Positions 1 to 10,092 of a stretch of 64,000 nt of DNA are shown piece by piece; within the stretch, counting starts at the first letter, position 1; the number at the start of each line of letters is the position of its first letter. The notes under the pieces were generated by a model. The model worked only from the letters and a program-made list of their open reading frames with translations. It ran no database searches and had not been told where the DNA came from. Position numbers and translations under genes: made by a program. This DNA is from a virus (lineage: Duplodnaviria > Caudoviricetes), in IMG/VR virus record IMGVR_UViG_3300024331_000007, positions 224,001 to 288,000 of that record; one strand, 5' to 3'.

Positions 1-548
1 TGCTTTCCAGAAATAGCTTTGCTTGTTTTTAATCGAGACGCTGTGCTCCTTATTTTATACTTCCTACCAACAGTGGTGGAAATCAGTTCTCCAGATTTCA
101 CACGAGGATCAGTAGTCATGCATCTTACTGTACTGCCAAATTTATCCTTATAGACTGCATATCCTTTATTTTTCTCACTCATCAGAGTGTATGCTTCTTT
201 CCTAAGCCTAGCGAATGTTCTACTGGATTTAAGAACAATATTTCCTCGACTGCTATTTTGATTTTGCATAGCGGCAAATGCAATAGTCTGCGAACCTCCA
301 TACGCCTTCCATAACAACCAATGAGCTATAAAATGCTGTCTGTAGGTAAGATTTATCCTGTTCCAAGGGTTTTCTCGAAAACTTTTGTATTGTGGAAATA
401 GGTCTGTGGCCTTTGGACAAATATGGTGAGATTCCGTTTCCAACAGATAATGATTATCTTTCCAAGACTCAATACACCTCAAATAACGATTCAGGTAGTG
501 TTCGTTGTGAGGTTTAAGTTTTAAAAGTTTCTCAATTAGGATTTCCAT
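1..548 (-). CDS. HNH homing endonuclease, runs off the window start (not in ORF track)
   Basis: Manual translation from ATG at 548: MEILIEKLLKLKPHNEHYLNRY...ESHHICPK...NRINLTYRQHFIAHWLLWK. This is the phage HNH motif (HHI.P...N...LT.R.HF.AH.LL). Confidence 0.8.
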   Translation of the reverse strand, partial: MEILIEKLLKLKPHNEHYLNRYLRCIESWKDNHYLLETESHHICPKATDLFPQYKSFRENPWNRINLTYRQHFIAHWLLWKAYGGSQTIAFAAMQNQNSSRGNIVLKSSRTFARLRKEAYTLMSEKNKGYAVYKDKFGSTVRCMTTDPRVKSGELISTTVGRKYKIRSTASRLKTSKAISGK

Positions 549-553
549 ACAAC

Positions 554-559
554 TATTTA
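554..559 (-). promoter_or_regulatory. TAAATA late-promoter box 5 nt upstream of HNH start
   Basis: CATAAATAGTTGTATG on minus strand; resembles the T4 late box TATAAATA. An identical 16-mer lies at 5546-5561. Confidence 0.65.
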
Positions 560-583
560 TGATAACACCTCAGAACTGTTCAG

Positions 584-1094
584 TTAACCAAGTTCGATAA
601 TAGGTCGGTAAAACATCAACTCTTTAACAGTCGCTATGAAACCAAGGATTCCGCAGAGCGCAACGATAACCCAGTGCTCTGCGATTCCAAACGACATGGT
701 TGATAGGCACATCGAGCACTGAAACAATGCCTTCAGCATCACGAACTTTTCTGGGTTTATCTTTTCCATATTATTACTAGCGTCAGTATAAGTATTGAAA
801 TCATGTTTATGAAGTATAACCAAAACCAATGGAGCGAGCCAAACAAAAATTGAGCGATAAATGTTAACACAACGATAGTTGCATTTCTTCGGATTTCAAC
901 GTTTTCTGTTTTTAGCATACTGCGTCTTTCTTGATAAGCATGAAAAAATATGTAAGATAGGAAATGAAACCCACGGCGAATACAGCATACCAATGAAGTC
1001 CAGCACTGACACCAATCGTCAGTGTGGTTAATAGTACCGTACTCATATTAACTGTCAGCTTCATATTTGTTGTACACGCCTTCTTCCCAAACAT
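584..1094 (-). CDS. three overlapping small hydrophobic (two-TM) hypothetical proteins: 584-829, 757-993, 912-1094
   Basis: ORF track; each has two uncharged hydrophobic stretches; co-oriented and overlapping. Confidence 0.55.
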
Positions 1095-1383
1095 ATCTTT
1101 TGAGAGCGGCCCTCAATGCTTCTTTTTTTGTGTCGCCAGTCCCTAACTGGCTATCTGAATAGTAACCAGCATTGACCACATAATAATCATCGTGAGGTCC
1201 TGATGTTTCATAGCAGATAAAGTCAGGTGTTACTTTCCTCAGAGTTATTTCAACCTCTTCGTCACTCATCCTATCAATAATCAAATGAGATTCCAGATTG
1301 ATATCATACTGTTTTTCTTTTAGATTTTCGATTTTCTTACCGTTGGCTTTGAGAGTTTTGATAACGCTGAATATTGTTTTCAT
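1048..1383 (-). CDS. hypothetical protein
   Basis: 111 aa ORF in the co-directional run; C-terminal LGTGDTKKEALRAA resembles the G-x-G-x-T-x-x-x-A segment of family A. Confidence 0.55.
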   Translation of the reverse strand: MKTIFSVIKTLKANGKKIENLKEKQYDINLESHLIIDRMSDEEVEITLRKVTPDFICYETSGPHDDYYVVNAGYYSDSQLGTGDTKKEALRAALKRYVWEEGVYNKYEADS

Positions 1384-2115
1384 TTGCTCTCCAATTTATG
1401 AAGGAATGCCTCGCTGTCCGATAATCTTGACAGAGTTGATGAATGTTGAATAAAAGCTCCACCATTCCATCGCATTACTAAAAATGTGCAGGGATACGCA
1501 TACATTCTGACAATCTCTCCATAACAAATTGATTTGATTCCAGATTGATTATATTGAATAAATGAAACTGGATCGCCGGGTTTAAAAGTATCAATCACTA
1601 GCTCACCAACTTTAAAAGAAATTCATCTTCTTGGGTAGCGGCTTTCATAAATCTAGAAGATCGCATATAAATCTGAGTAGTATCATTATATCCCACAATC
1701 ATATAGTGATGCAGTCCAATCTTCTTACCGTAGTATCCCTTCACATAACCAAAAAGGTCAGAATCACCGAATGTATCATATTCAGTAAACCTGACCAGTT
1801 GACCTATCGTAAATTTTGTCATTGTTCCAGTGTATGCAGGAAGGCATCCAATTCAGTTATTCGGCTCATGCTGTCGCCATACCAAACATCCCTTGTGCCA
1901 TTCAGAGACTGCACAATGTACATGTTTGGATAGCCCGGATAAGGACCAACAATCTCTGCATATTCAATCCACTCGCCGTCTTCCTGATAAGGCTCAAAAC
2001 GCATGCGAGAAACATACTCTCCCTGTTTATATTGGTATGTTTCTGGTTCGAGTTTTGGCACTTCCTTTTTTGGGAATGTCTTTCGAAGGAAGTCTTTAAA
2101 TGTTTGAAGTTCCAT
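1380..2115 (-). CDS. three tandem family-B (SH3/KOW-like) small proteins: 1380-1598, 1598-1822, 1819-2115
   Basis: F-x-x-G-[DQE]-x-V N-termini, G-x-[IV] beta pattern, and tails DSEAFLHKLESK, QEDEFLLKLVS, ELDAFLHTLEQ. Confidence 0.7.
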
Positions 2116-2121
2116 GCAGAA

Positions 2122-2670
2122 TCATTTTCGCTTTCCTGCCTTTCGAGCAGGGACTTTAGGATTAGCCTTCTTTACATCCCGTGCTGTTCCTTTTTTGGTT
2201 TCGGAGATGATCAATTCAATCGGCTGAAAATCAATATTGTAAAACACTAGGCTATAGTGTATCACAGATTTCTTCCTGCGCAAACTCATAATGCCCATAA
2301 TTTCGTCGCGCAGATATTCCAGTGCTATGCCATCGGAAGAAAATTCCTCAGCATTAAATTTCTCAACAAAGTCTGCCTTGTCTGCTTCGCTTGGGACTGC
2401 GTCAGAGTTTGGATGGCTGTGCAATGTTCCGAAATATTTCAGAGTAGTTCCAGCCTCTATTTCTTCTTCGGGCTGTCCATATTGCAACGTCATTACTCGT
2501 GCACCAGAAATAGATGTTTCAACTTCTATAGTATCAAAAGCATAGATATGCAGTTCATTCTTAACCATCTTGCCCAAGACGGCTACGATGATTTCATAAG
2601 GCATGGCCTTAACAGCCCTGCGCTTAAACGAGTCAATTAATGACTTGTGAACGACGATACGTTGCATCAT
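2122..2670 (-). CDS. JAB/MPN (JAMM) metallo-isopeptidase-like protein
   Basis: Glu near the N-terminus (PYEII) plus GTLHSHP-x6-PSEAD, the JAMM H-x-H-x7-S-x2-D motif. Confidence 0.8.
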   Translation of the reverse strand: MMQRIVVHKSLIDSFKRRAVKAMPYEIIVAVLGKMVKNELHIYAFDTIEVETSISGARVMTLQYGQPEEEIEAGTTLKYFGTLHSHPNSDAVPSEADKADFVEKFNAEEFSSDGIALEYLRDEIMGIMSLRRKKSVIHYSLVFYNIDFQPIELIISETKKGTARDVKKANPKVPARKAGKRK

Positions 2671-2672
2671 CG

Positions 2673-2990
2673 TTACGCCTCTACATGTTCAACTGCTTTC
2701 AGCAGAGCATCGATCTGTGCTGGATATTGGGCATGAAAATATTCCAGTAGCGTATCGTAATTGTCTCCTGTAACTACTTCTCCATTAATCTGAAAGGATC
2801 GGCATTTAACAACCGACTTGTTCTTCACGTCCAGAATGAGATTGCATTTCTTAATATCGCTGTTTCGAATATTCTTTACCAGAGATACTACTTCATCAGC
2901 AATAAAGTTTTCGGCATGTTGTGAATGATTAGGCTTTGAGGTATTTTTTGGGTTTAGGGGTCTGATTACATAACAACAAGTTATATACAT
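2673..2990 (-). CDS. hypothetical protein
   Basis: Start reassigned from 3083 to ATG 2990, which has a GGAG SD 7 nt upstream. Confidence 0.6.
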   Translation of the reverse strand: MYITCCYVIRPLNPKNTSKPNHSQHAENFIADEVVSLVKNIRNSDIKKCNLILDVKNKSVVKCRSFQINGEVVTGDNYDTLLEYFHAQYPAQIDALLKAVEHVEA

Positions 2991-3020
2991 TATTTTCTCC
3001 GAGAAAGGCAAAACTTTAGA

Positions 3021-3083
3021 TAAATACTGTTGGTCGCGGATAGCAGTCCCACCAACCCTATCGCTTTTGAGGAGCGCCAGCAC
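3021..3083 (+). promoter_or_regulatory. late promoter plus conserved structured leader, copy 1
   Basis: TAAATA-ct-GTTGGT-CGC-GGAT-agca-GTCC-C-ACCAAC-cctat-CGCT-tttgagg-AGCG-ccagcac-ATG. Confidence 0.75.
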
Positions 3084-3827
3084 ATGTCTATTTACCCTGA
3101 TAAACTTTCAGAACTTTTACCATCTTCAAAATATCTTCGCGCATATACCAAAATTTGCAAACTGGCTCAGGACCGAGCAAATACCCGTAAACAGGCAAAA
3201 TTACAATTTGGTTATGTGGAAGGTCATCATATTCTACCAAAATCTTTCAAATGTGGCGGCGAAAAAGATAAATCAAACTATGTGTATCTAACGGCTCGCG
3301 AGCATTTTATTTGCCACAAACTATTAGTTTTTGCAACAAAATCTACTAGATTTTATTATTCCGCATCTGCCGCCCTTGCTGGTTTTATGCAATCTTCTTC
3401 ATTTCACCAACGACCTATTCTAACTTCTCACAACTATCAATTTGTTAGGAAATGCATATCACTATCTAAAAAAGAAAAACAAACTGGAAGAAAGGTATCA
3501 GACGCTACTAAAATTAAGATGAGTTTGGCTCAATTAAAACGACACAGACTAAATCCACGAACAAAAGAGCAATGCGAAAATATATCAAAAGGGCGAACAG
3601 GTATCAAAGTATCCAAAGAAGGTTGCTTGGCAATATCTTTAGGCAAAATGGGGGCTATTCCTTGGAACAAAGGGACTAAAATGGATGATACAACCAAAAT
3701 GAAAATTAGCAAAAATCGAACAGGTATAAAACCCAAAAAGATCAAATGTCTACATTGTGATGTGATAGCCGCCCCAAATATGTTAGCGAGATTTCACAAC
3801 GATAGATGTAAATTAAGAAATTTGTGA
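3084..3827 (+). CDS. HNH homing endonuclease with NUMOD3-like repeats and C-terminal Cys/His ribbon
   Basis: EGHHILPKS...NYVYLTAREHFICHKLL, PWNKG, CLHC...H. Start ATG 3084 follows the SD-containing leader. Confidence 0.85.
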   Translation: MSIYPDKLSELLPSSKYLRAYTKICKLAQDRANTRKQAKLQFGYVEGHHILPKSFKCGGEKDKSNYVYLTAREHFICHKLLVFATKSTRFYYSASAALAGFMQSSSFHQRPILTSHNYQFVRKCISLSKKEKQTGRKVSDATKIKMSLAQLKRHRLNPRTKEQCENISKGRTGIKVSKEGCLAISLGKMGAIPWNKGTKMDDTTKMKISKNRTGIKPKKIKCLHCDVIAAPNMLARFHNDRCKLRNL

Positions 3828-4742
3828 AAGCTCTACCAGCGTGGCAGCAACCAGAATCTCTGGATCAGCGGCCATTGGAATCTGTACCATTCCTTTTCTA
3901 ATGATTAGAATTGCTGCGTCTTTCTGTTCGTTTGTAGTTCCCCAAAAATCCAGATTATTATAACAGAAGACATAAAACTCTTCCAATTCTTCCGCTCGAA
4001 TCTGGCTGCATATCAGCGCCCTCGCTTCTCTTACCTTTCCATTCTTAAATAACTCAACAGCGTCGATCTTGTAATCTCGCGTAGCGTTACTTAATTTGTC
4101 AGGTTTGGTGAGTTTTCCTTCAATGCAGTTCTGCTGACAAGTATTTATGCACTTACGTAGATCAGGCCAGCAGCCTCTGACGTAATCATCCAGTGTTTCC
4201 AACTCAAAATCTATATTCTCCGCAACCAAAATTTCAGCCATTCGTACTGTATATTCATCAATCGGAAGTTTATTTATTTGGATACTCTGGGTACGACTGT
4301 GTATAGGCGGAATGATCTTGTGTGGATTATTGCAGGTAAACATAAAGCGGCTTATCTGAGAATACTGCTCAATCACACCTTTCAGAGTATTTTGGGCATC
4401 CACTGTCAAACCATCAGCCTCATCCAACAGAATAATGCGTTGCTTTCCCCACGGAGTCAGGGCGGCAAAATTATCGATTTTATCGCGAATAATATCAATG
4501 CCGCGTTCGCGGCTGGCGTTTATATAGAGATAATCATATGGATCGATGCCAACTTCATTGACCAAAACTTCAGCCAAGGTAGTCTTACCTGTACCGGGTC
4601 CACCTGAAAAGAGAATATGTGGTATATCCTTAGTTGCAATCCACTTCTGAATTGTACCTTTTTGGTTCTCGTCTGTGAAGACATAGCCTTCCAGTGTTTT
4701 TGGTCTGTAGCGTTCCGTCCATAATGAGTTAGTTATTGCCAT
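3813..4742 (-). CDS. sliding-clamp loader AAA+ subunit (RFC / T4 gp44-like)
   Basis: WTERYRP, Walker A GGPGTGKT, Walker B LLDEAD, sensor motifs, PDLRKCIN. Confidence 0.95.
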   Translation of the reverse strand: MAITNSLWTERYRPKTLEGYVFTDENQKGTIQKWIATKDIPHILFSGGPGTGKTTLAEVLVNEVGIDPYDYLYINASRERGIDIIRDKIDNFAALTPWGKQRIILLDEADGLTVDAQNTLKGVIEQYSQISRFMFTCNNPHKIIPPIHSRTQSIQINKLPIDEYTVRMAEILVAENIDFELETLDDYVRGCWPDLRKCINTCQQNCIEGKLTKPDKLSNATRDYKIDAVELFKNGKVREARALICSQIRAEELEEFYVFCYNNLDFWGTTNEQKDAAILIIRKGMVQIPMAADPEILVAATLVELSQIS

Positions 4743-5548
4743 ATATTTTCCTTACCATCCAGCACCAGTATAACATCGTAGCCTTGCGCTCTACAAGCAG
4801 CTAATTTGGCCTTGTTTTTGTTCTCTAACAATTCATCTTCTCCATTCTTATTCCAAGTCCAAGACGACTTTACTTCATATATTGTGTTTCCGATTTGAAA
4901 ATCACTAATGTATAGGCGACGGCTATTATCGGTAGGGTCAACATACCAAATGCTTGGACCTCTCTTTACATTTTGTAGAAGCCAATCAAATCCAAATTTT
5001 TCTTCTAATTGGAATAGAAAGGAACATTCGTGGGTTCCTTGATAGGTTAGCGGGGAATCCTTATAATTCAAAATGGGACATTGGGTGCTGTTTTTCCAAG
5101 GACTATCCATCCAATGCTCTTTCATAATCTGAGCTAATTTTTCATAGTGTCCGTTTTTGATTCTAGTCTGCGTTCCCTTGATTTGAGAAGATTTGGTAAT
5201 ACCCAATCGAATACGAGTTTTCAAAGACTTTGAGGTTCTGTCGTCATGATTCAATAATGAAAATTCCTTTCGTTTTCCAGCACAAGAATTGAAATGAGGG
5301 GAGCAGCACTTTTTGCCATTCTTGAACAAATATTTTGCGATAGAATTACAACCAAACTCGCATAACTCCTCTGTTTCAATTGCGGTAGAGTATGGATTCT
5401 TATGTTTATGTGTTGCGATCTTTTTAGCTGGACATTTTAGGAAATGTGATGAGCAGCATTTGCTGCCCGATATAGAAAGGTAGTTAGCAGTTCTTGAACA
5501 GCCATAATCGCATAAATCAGTGGTGGAAATTTTCTGAAAGGTTTTCAT
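4733..5548 (-). CDS. putative homing endonuclease with N-terminal Cys-rich repeats and C-terminal PD-(D/E)XK-like domain
   Basis: Two C-[DE]-[YF]-G-C...KCCS..F..C repeats; YISDFQIGNTIYEVKS; preceded by TAAATA-N5-ATG. Confidence 0.65.
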   Translation of the reverse strand: MKTFQKISTTDLCDYGCSRTANYLSISGSKCCSSHFLKCPAKKIATHKHKNPYSTAIETEELCEFGCNSIAKYLFKNGKKCCSPHFNSCAGKRKEFSLLNHDDRTSKSLKTRIRLGITKSSQIKGTQTRIKNGHYEKLAQIMKEHWMDSPWKNSTQCPILNYKDSPLTYQGTHECSFLFQLEEKFGFDWLLQNVKRGPSIWYVDPTDNSRRLYISDFQIGNTIYEVKSSWTWNKNGEDELLENKNKAKLAACRAQGYDVILVLDGKENIWQ

Positions 5549-5592
5549 ACAACTATTTATGCATTGAGAAGTATTTTCTGTGCATAGTGTAT

Positions 5593-5850
5593 TTATTTTA
5601 TACCCATTTCCAGCGCCTTCAATAACGCATCTTGCTCAGTAGTCTCAATGATTTCCCTAATCTTTGCCCAGAATTGATCCTCAGCACCATCCATCAGAGG
5701 GTAAACATTCCATCCATTGTTGGGAGGATACATAACACCGTTTATATAATCTACAGGTTTATCTCCCCACATAACTAGTATTCCGTTTTCAACTTTACCG
5801 TATATCGGATTTTCGGAAACCTTTTGTAAACCCCATTCTTTGTTAGTCAT
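5593..5850 (-). CDS. hypothetical protein with family-B-like tail
   Basis: ORF track; ends EQDALLKALEMGIK. Confidence 0.55.
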   Translation of the reverse strand: MTNKEWGLQKVSENPIYGKVENGILVMWGDKPVDYINGVMYPPNNGWNVYPLMDGAEDQFWAKIREIIETTEQDALLKALEMGIK

Positions 5851-6149
5851 TAGATATTGCCGTTATCTCCAAAGTCATATGATTTGTCAGCCAGCATGGT
5901 GGTCCAAACATTACGCATTTTGTCTTCGGTTTCTTTCCACGATCCATTCAGCATAAACTCATGCGCCCACTGCTGTGTGTACTCGCAATACGGACAGCGA
6001 AGGCCATCGGGTGTGAGAACCAAAAGGCCTTCACCATCCAGATGATCTTTATCAGTTCGGCGTCCACTGCCGCACGTAAACGGATGGAACATACCTGAAT
6101 GCTGAAAGTCGTTGAATGATTTTATTTGGTCATCTGTGAATTTTGGCAT
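5850..6149 (-). CDS. Cys/His-containing hypothetical protein
   Basis: HPFTC...CPYC; probable start ATG 6149 overlaps the upstream TAA. Confidence 0.6.
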   Translation of the reverse strand: MPKFTDDQIKSFNDFQHSGMFHPFTCGSGRRTDKDHLDGEGLLVLTPDGLRCPYCEYTQQWAHEFMLNGSWKETEDKMRNVWTTMLADKSYDFGDNGNI

Positions 6150-6352
6150 TAGTTCTCCAGTAAGCGCATCATTTCTGCATTGACAGTTATTCTGGCATGT
6201 TGCCAAGCCTGAGCCTCGGTTTCCCAAGCTCCACTCAGGATAATAATACGACCTCGCGAATATCGCGCCGTAATATATTTGCCAATGGCCGCATCTAAAA
6301 CTGCGTCTGCATTGGGATAGGCGGCAAGGACGATTTCTTTGTCAACGATCAT
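6149..6352 (-). CDS. family-A protein, outlier copy
   Basis: DKEIVLAAYPNA...ETEAQAWQHA...MMRLLEN. Confidence 0.8.
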   Translation of the reverse strand: MIVDKEIVLAAYPNADAVLDAAIGKYITARYSRGRIIILSGAWETEAQAWQHARITVNAEMMRLLEN

Positions 6353-6412
6353 GACTCAGTATACGCCTTTTCTTTACTGGAGTAAATTGATTATTTGGTT
6401 AGAGGAAGCCAA

Positions 6413-6859
6413 TTATTTCAGACAATCTTGGTCACAGGAGGTGGAGTTTGGGTACACTGTTTCGGGTTTCTCTTTTTTCTCTTCGGCTTGATCTTTGTGA
6501 AGTCGCCACATTTGCCAGTACATATCAATTGCGTCCTCTATTGCTTGATGCGTATCAATTTGGCTATTGTCCTGAAGGGATATACCATATTCCCAGTTAT
6601 TATCTGAGACGCTTCCTGTTTCAATCTCCCAAACTGTTTTGTTTCGGATAGCACTATTACCTTTTCCGTCATAACGAGTACATTTGATTGTGACATTCTC
6701 GCAACCACCTGCATAATCACAGATGTGTTGAAGATTAGAATGTTTTGGCAGGAGTTGAGTTGCAGTATTTGGATGGATTTTATTTATTGTTGCACACCCA
6801 ACAAGAAGGCCCACACCAGAAATAAGTATCAGGACTGGGTTAATTCGAAATATGTTCAT
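6413..6859 (-). CDS. putative lipoprotein
   Basis: Hydrophobic signal ending in lipobox LVG-C. Confidence 0.55.
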   Translation of the reverse strand: MNIFRINPVLILISGVGLLVGCATINKIHPNTATQLLPKHSNLQHICDYAGGCENVTIKCTRYDGKGNSAIRNKTVWEIETGSVSDNNWEYGISLQDNSQIDTHQAIEDAIDMYWQMWRLHKDQAEEKKEKPETVYPNSTSCDQDCLK

Positions 6860-7056
6860 TATTCCTCCAACTTTTTAAGCATGCTATTATTAATTCGTTC
6901 TTTGGCGCCTTCCTATGCTCGTTCTGGCGTTTGATATACAAAGCTCAAATCCTTGAACTCAGGCCATTTGTCTCCCATTGAAATATAATGGCCCCAACTT
7001 TCTGATCTGAGCTTGGCCGTTGGATAGATTGAAAGAACAAATTCCTTATCGGTCAT
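6859..7056 (-). pseudogene. family-A member with in-frame TAG at the invariant Trp
   Basis: MTDKEFVLSIYPTA...TPERA*EGAKERINNSMLKKLEE; TAG at 6913-6915. Confidence 0.8.
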
Positions 7057-7212
7057 CATCAACCAGAATAATAATTCCAGTTATGTTTTGGGCGGCAAGC
7101 ATTAGATTTCCAATTGCCTCAGCTTTATTCTTGCCTGTCTCATAGACTGTTTCATCATCTGCCGACCAAGCCTTCCATTTACCAGCTTTGATGTACTTAA
7201 CAAGAATGTCCA

Positions 7213-7626
7213 TTACTTTGCTCCGATTGGGCCAACCATTGCGCCCATCTCAGGGTTTGGATTCTCTTTACAATACAGAAGAATAGCCTTTGGATCAATA
7301 CGACGAACAACTGTTTCATTGCGTGGAATGTTTGGATCAATCTCAGAAAGATCGATGCCTCGACTCCAGCGACCATGCTCCACCAAAATCCAGTATCCCG
7401 GCCTCAAATCTGTTGTATTTTCGGGACCAACAGCATAAACTTTGGCCCATCGAGGATGAATACCGCGGTCTGTTTTATCATCATCCATCAGGATAATACC
7501 TGAAGTTGTCTTCTGTTCACCGAAGTACATGTCAAAGGCCAAAACGTCTTTGTGCAGCGGCAGAATAATTGGATCAATAATTTCTGTTGTCATAGTTTCC
7601 TTAGTTTGGGCAGTAAAATTCAACAT
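7213..7626 (-). CDS. groES: co-chaperonin GroES-like
   Basis: ILPLHKDVL...TTSGIIL...KVYAVGP...LRPGYWILV; probable start 7593. Confidence 0.85.
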   Translation of the reverse strand: MLNFTAQTKETMTTEIIDPIILPLHKDVLAFDMYFGEQKTTSGIILMDDDKTDRGIHPRWAKVYAVGPENTTDLRPGYWILVEHGRWSRGIDLSEIDPNIPRNETVVRRIDPKAILLYCKENPNPEMGAMVGPIGAK

Positions 7627-7708
7627 AGTTTACTGCATCCTGAAATTTATTATACATTCTATTCTTGTCCTTCCCGTTTTCCCAATCAATTACATGAGCA
7701 GTATATGT

Positions 7709-7894
7709 CTACCCATTTTGTGAACGAGTTACATCACCACAACCAAATCCGTTATAATCCTGCCACAAAACATAATCTTCACTCAACCAGACTTTATGAG
7801 TTGCGGCAGCTTTGTTAGCTGTTGATTCAGGTACATTTATTGTGCGCACACATCCAACCAAACCAATCAATAACAAATATGGTATAAATTTCAT
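7709..7894 (-). CDS. putative small lipoprotein
   Basis: MKFIPYLLLIGLVG-C lipobox. Confidence 0.55.
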   Translation of the reverse strand: MKFIPYLLLIGLVGCVRTINVPESTANKAAATHKVWLSEDYVLWQDYNGFGCGDVTRSQNG

Positions 7895-7910
7895 ATGTAT
7901 TTCTTATCCT

Positions 7911-8263
7911 TTACCTTGGTTCGGCAATGTCAAAATCCAACATGGATGCTGAGCACACGAAACCACCGTTCTTATGTCGCCAAGGAAGCCCATAATCTTT
8001 AACAATTAGTTTATTGCAGTTCTTACATCTGGGCATATTCGCCCAACGAACCATATTGCAGACCAAAGAAACCATTACCATTCCTCATTCAAAGGTTCTG
8101 CACGATATATTAAACCATCAGAATTTTCAAAGCAATATAAGCGCCCAGTATTCTTATGCTTCCAAAGGCAATCGTCCAGAACTATAGTCTCGCCACAATT
8201 AAAGCATTTTGTTTGGGACCGTATATATCGAACCATTCTGCAAACCAAAGAAACCATTACCAA
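7911..8263 (-). CDS. tandem pair of small CxxC-WxH-C putative zinc-binding paralogues: 7911-8081 (manual) and 8075-8263
   Basis: Both begin [ML]VMVSLVC[NR]MVR; 34-nt DNA repeat with 4 mismatches at 8049-8082 and 8231-8264. Confidence 0.65.
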
Positions 8264-9158
8264 TCGCACCTTCGATGATCGTCCCACCCGCCCTTTTCGA
8301 CTTTGCAGTCACATACATTATAATACAAATCGCATGCCGCGCAATACCTCTTTATAACATGCTTTTTGCATTTTGGGCATTTCCAATCCTGTGTGCCAGT
8401 AATACCAGCTTTGTCGATTGCGCCTTCTTTATAGATTTTCATTAGACCTTCTTTCGGCGTCTTGTTACCGTCATTAGATTTAATGGCTTTTTGGTTGAAT
8501 CCCAAACTCTAACCATTTCTTCCATTTGATCTTTATACTTGACCAAAAGATCACTCTGACTCAGGTTGTAGAGCCAATTACTCATCTTCTGTCCTGCAAT
8601 ATAAACAATTTCCGCTTCTTTTTTGGTCATATTATGCCTTCTTCCTACTCCTGCAAAATCTGTATCGTTGTTCTTTTGGTTCAACCCAAGAACCGTCTTT
8701 ATGCCTTTCCCTATTGTCATCAACATGGGAATAAAAGTGGCGTCCTGTCCTTGGGTCCCAACCTTCTCCCCAAATATTCTTGCCACATACGCATTTCATT
8801 ATGCCTTCTTCCTGTGATTCTTTTCAAACTCCTTAATTTCCTTTTCTGCCTCCTCAACCTTCTCTACGATGCTTGGCTCTGGCGCTACAACCGGGCTAGG
8901 CGCGTCCGCTGTTTCTGGAACAGGTGGAACTACGTTAATTGGCAAAAATTGTGATTCTTTTGGATGAACAGCGGGAATTGTACCCTTGATTCTGGGCTTA
9001 ATGTTATTGACCTTAATGGACTTCGTCGCTGCTTTAGGTGTTGGTTTTTCTTTTCCAAGACCTGTAACAATTCGAACAGCATTTGGTTGGCTCTTTTTGA
9101 GAGCGTCCATATCAATTTTTAGACCTCTGGATGTGACTACTACATGCTTCTTTGCCAT
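8257..9158 (-). CDS. three hypothetical proteins: 8257-8505 (Cys-rich), 8442-8786, 8799-9158
   Basis: ORF track, co-oriented; the last has a TAAATA box at 9178-9183 and a GAGGT SD. Confidence 0.55.
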
Positions 9159-9330
9159 AATTATTACCTCGTGTGCTTATTTATTTGTGGGTTTTAGTGG
9201 TTTCGCTTTCTTTTTGGCAACTCGTTCCTCAAGTTCTTCCATCTCTTCCAGCATGCAATTGCTGCAATTGTGATAACCAGAAAGGCAGGAGTAACAGATA
9301 CAACCACAGTTCTTGAATATTTTCGGCATA

Positions 9331-10089
9331 TTATCCTTCCAATATCGCCAGCATTGCTTCTTCGGCGTCCATCTCTCTAACTAATTTTTCGGGAATGGCC
9401 CACAATGGCATTGCTGACGATTTATCTATTATGGGGAGATGTGTGACCCAAAAAATCGCGGGATTCGTGTCTCGTGTGTACTTCATTATCTTACCTGCGC
9501 GGACACCAGAATCCAGACTGGCAAACGTTTCTCCACAGAAAACATCATCTTTTGGATTGAACCAAACAAAGTCACCGAGGTACATTAAACATCCTCCAGC
9601 ATTGCCAACATTGCTTCTTCATCGCTCATCTTCCTCAGTAAATTGTTTGGTATTGCCCAAAGAGGAACTGAATCTTTACTTGATGCAAAACATACTGATG
9701 ACACCCAACATAGTTTGTCAGCTAACTTAAAAATCTGTCCCGCCTTAAATTCGGTTTCATGAAGGTTATTATTGGTGCCACTCCCGCACCCGCACCAAGC
9801 ATCGTCGCATTGTCTGAACCAAACAAAATCTCCAGTATTCATATCAGGCTTCCAGTATTGCCAGCATAGCTTCTGCGTCTTCAAGCGGTTTAACCATACT
9901 TTTTGGAATAGCCCAAAGAGGATAAGGAGAAGTTGAATGTACGGGGAGTGGCGTCACCCAAAATACATCACAATGTTTGTGTCTATTCTCATCAATAATC
10001 TTTCCAATGGTCCCCTTTCCACTTGAATAGAACGGAGGGCAGAATACATCGTTGTTCGGATCAAAAGTAACGTAGTCGCCAATCTTCAT
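9331..10089 (-). CDS. three tandem family-B proteins: 9331-9585, 9585-9842, 9844-10089
   Basis: M-x-x-GD[FY]V-x-F...[DE]-x-x-C...FWV...PLWAIP...EAMLA[IM]LE. Confidence 0.8.
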
Positions 10090-10092
10090 ACA

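Noticed and set aside
546-5561. Identical 16-mer exactly 5000 nt apart as an assembly artefact
   Set aside because: The flanks are unrelated. It is explained as a shared late-promoter/start cassette, and the round spacing is coincidental.
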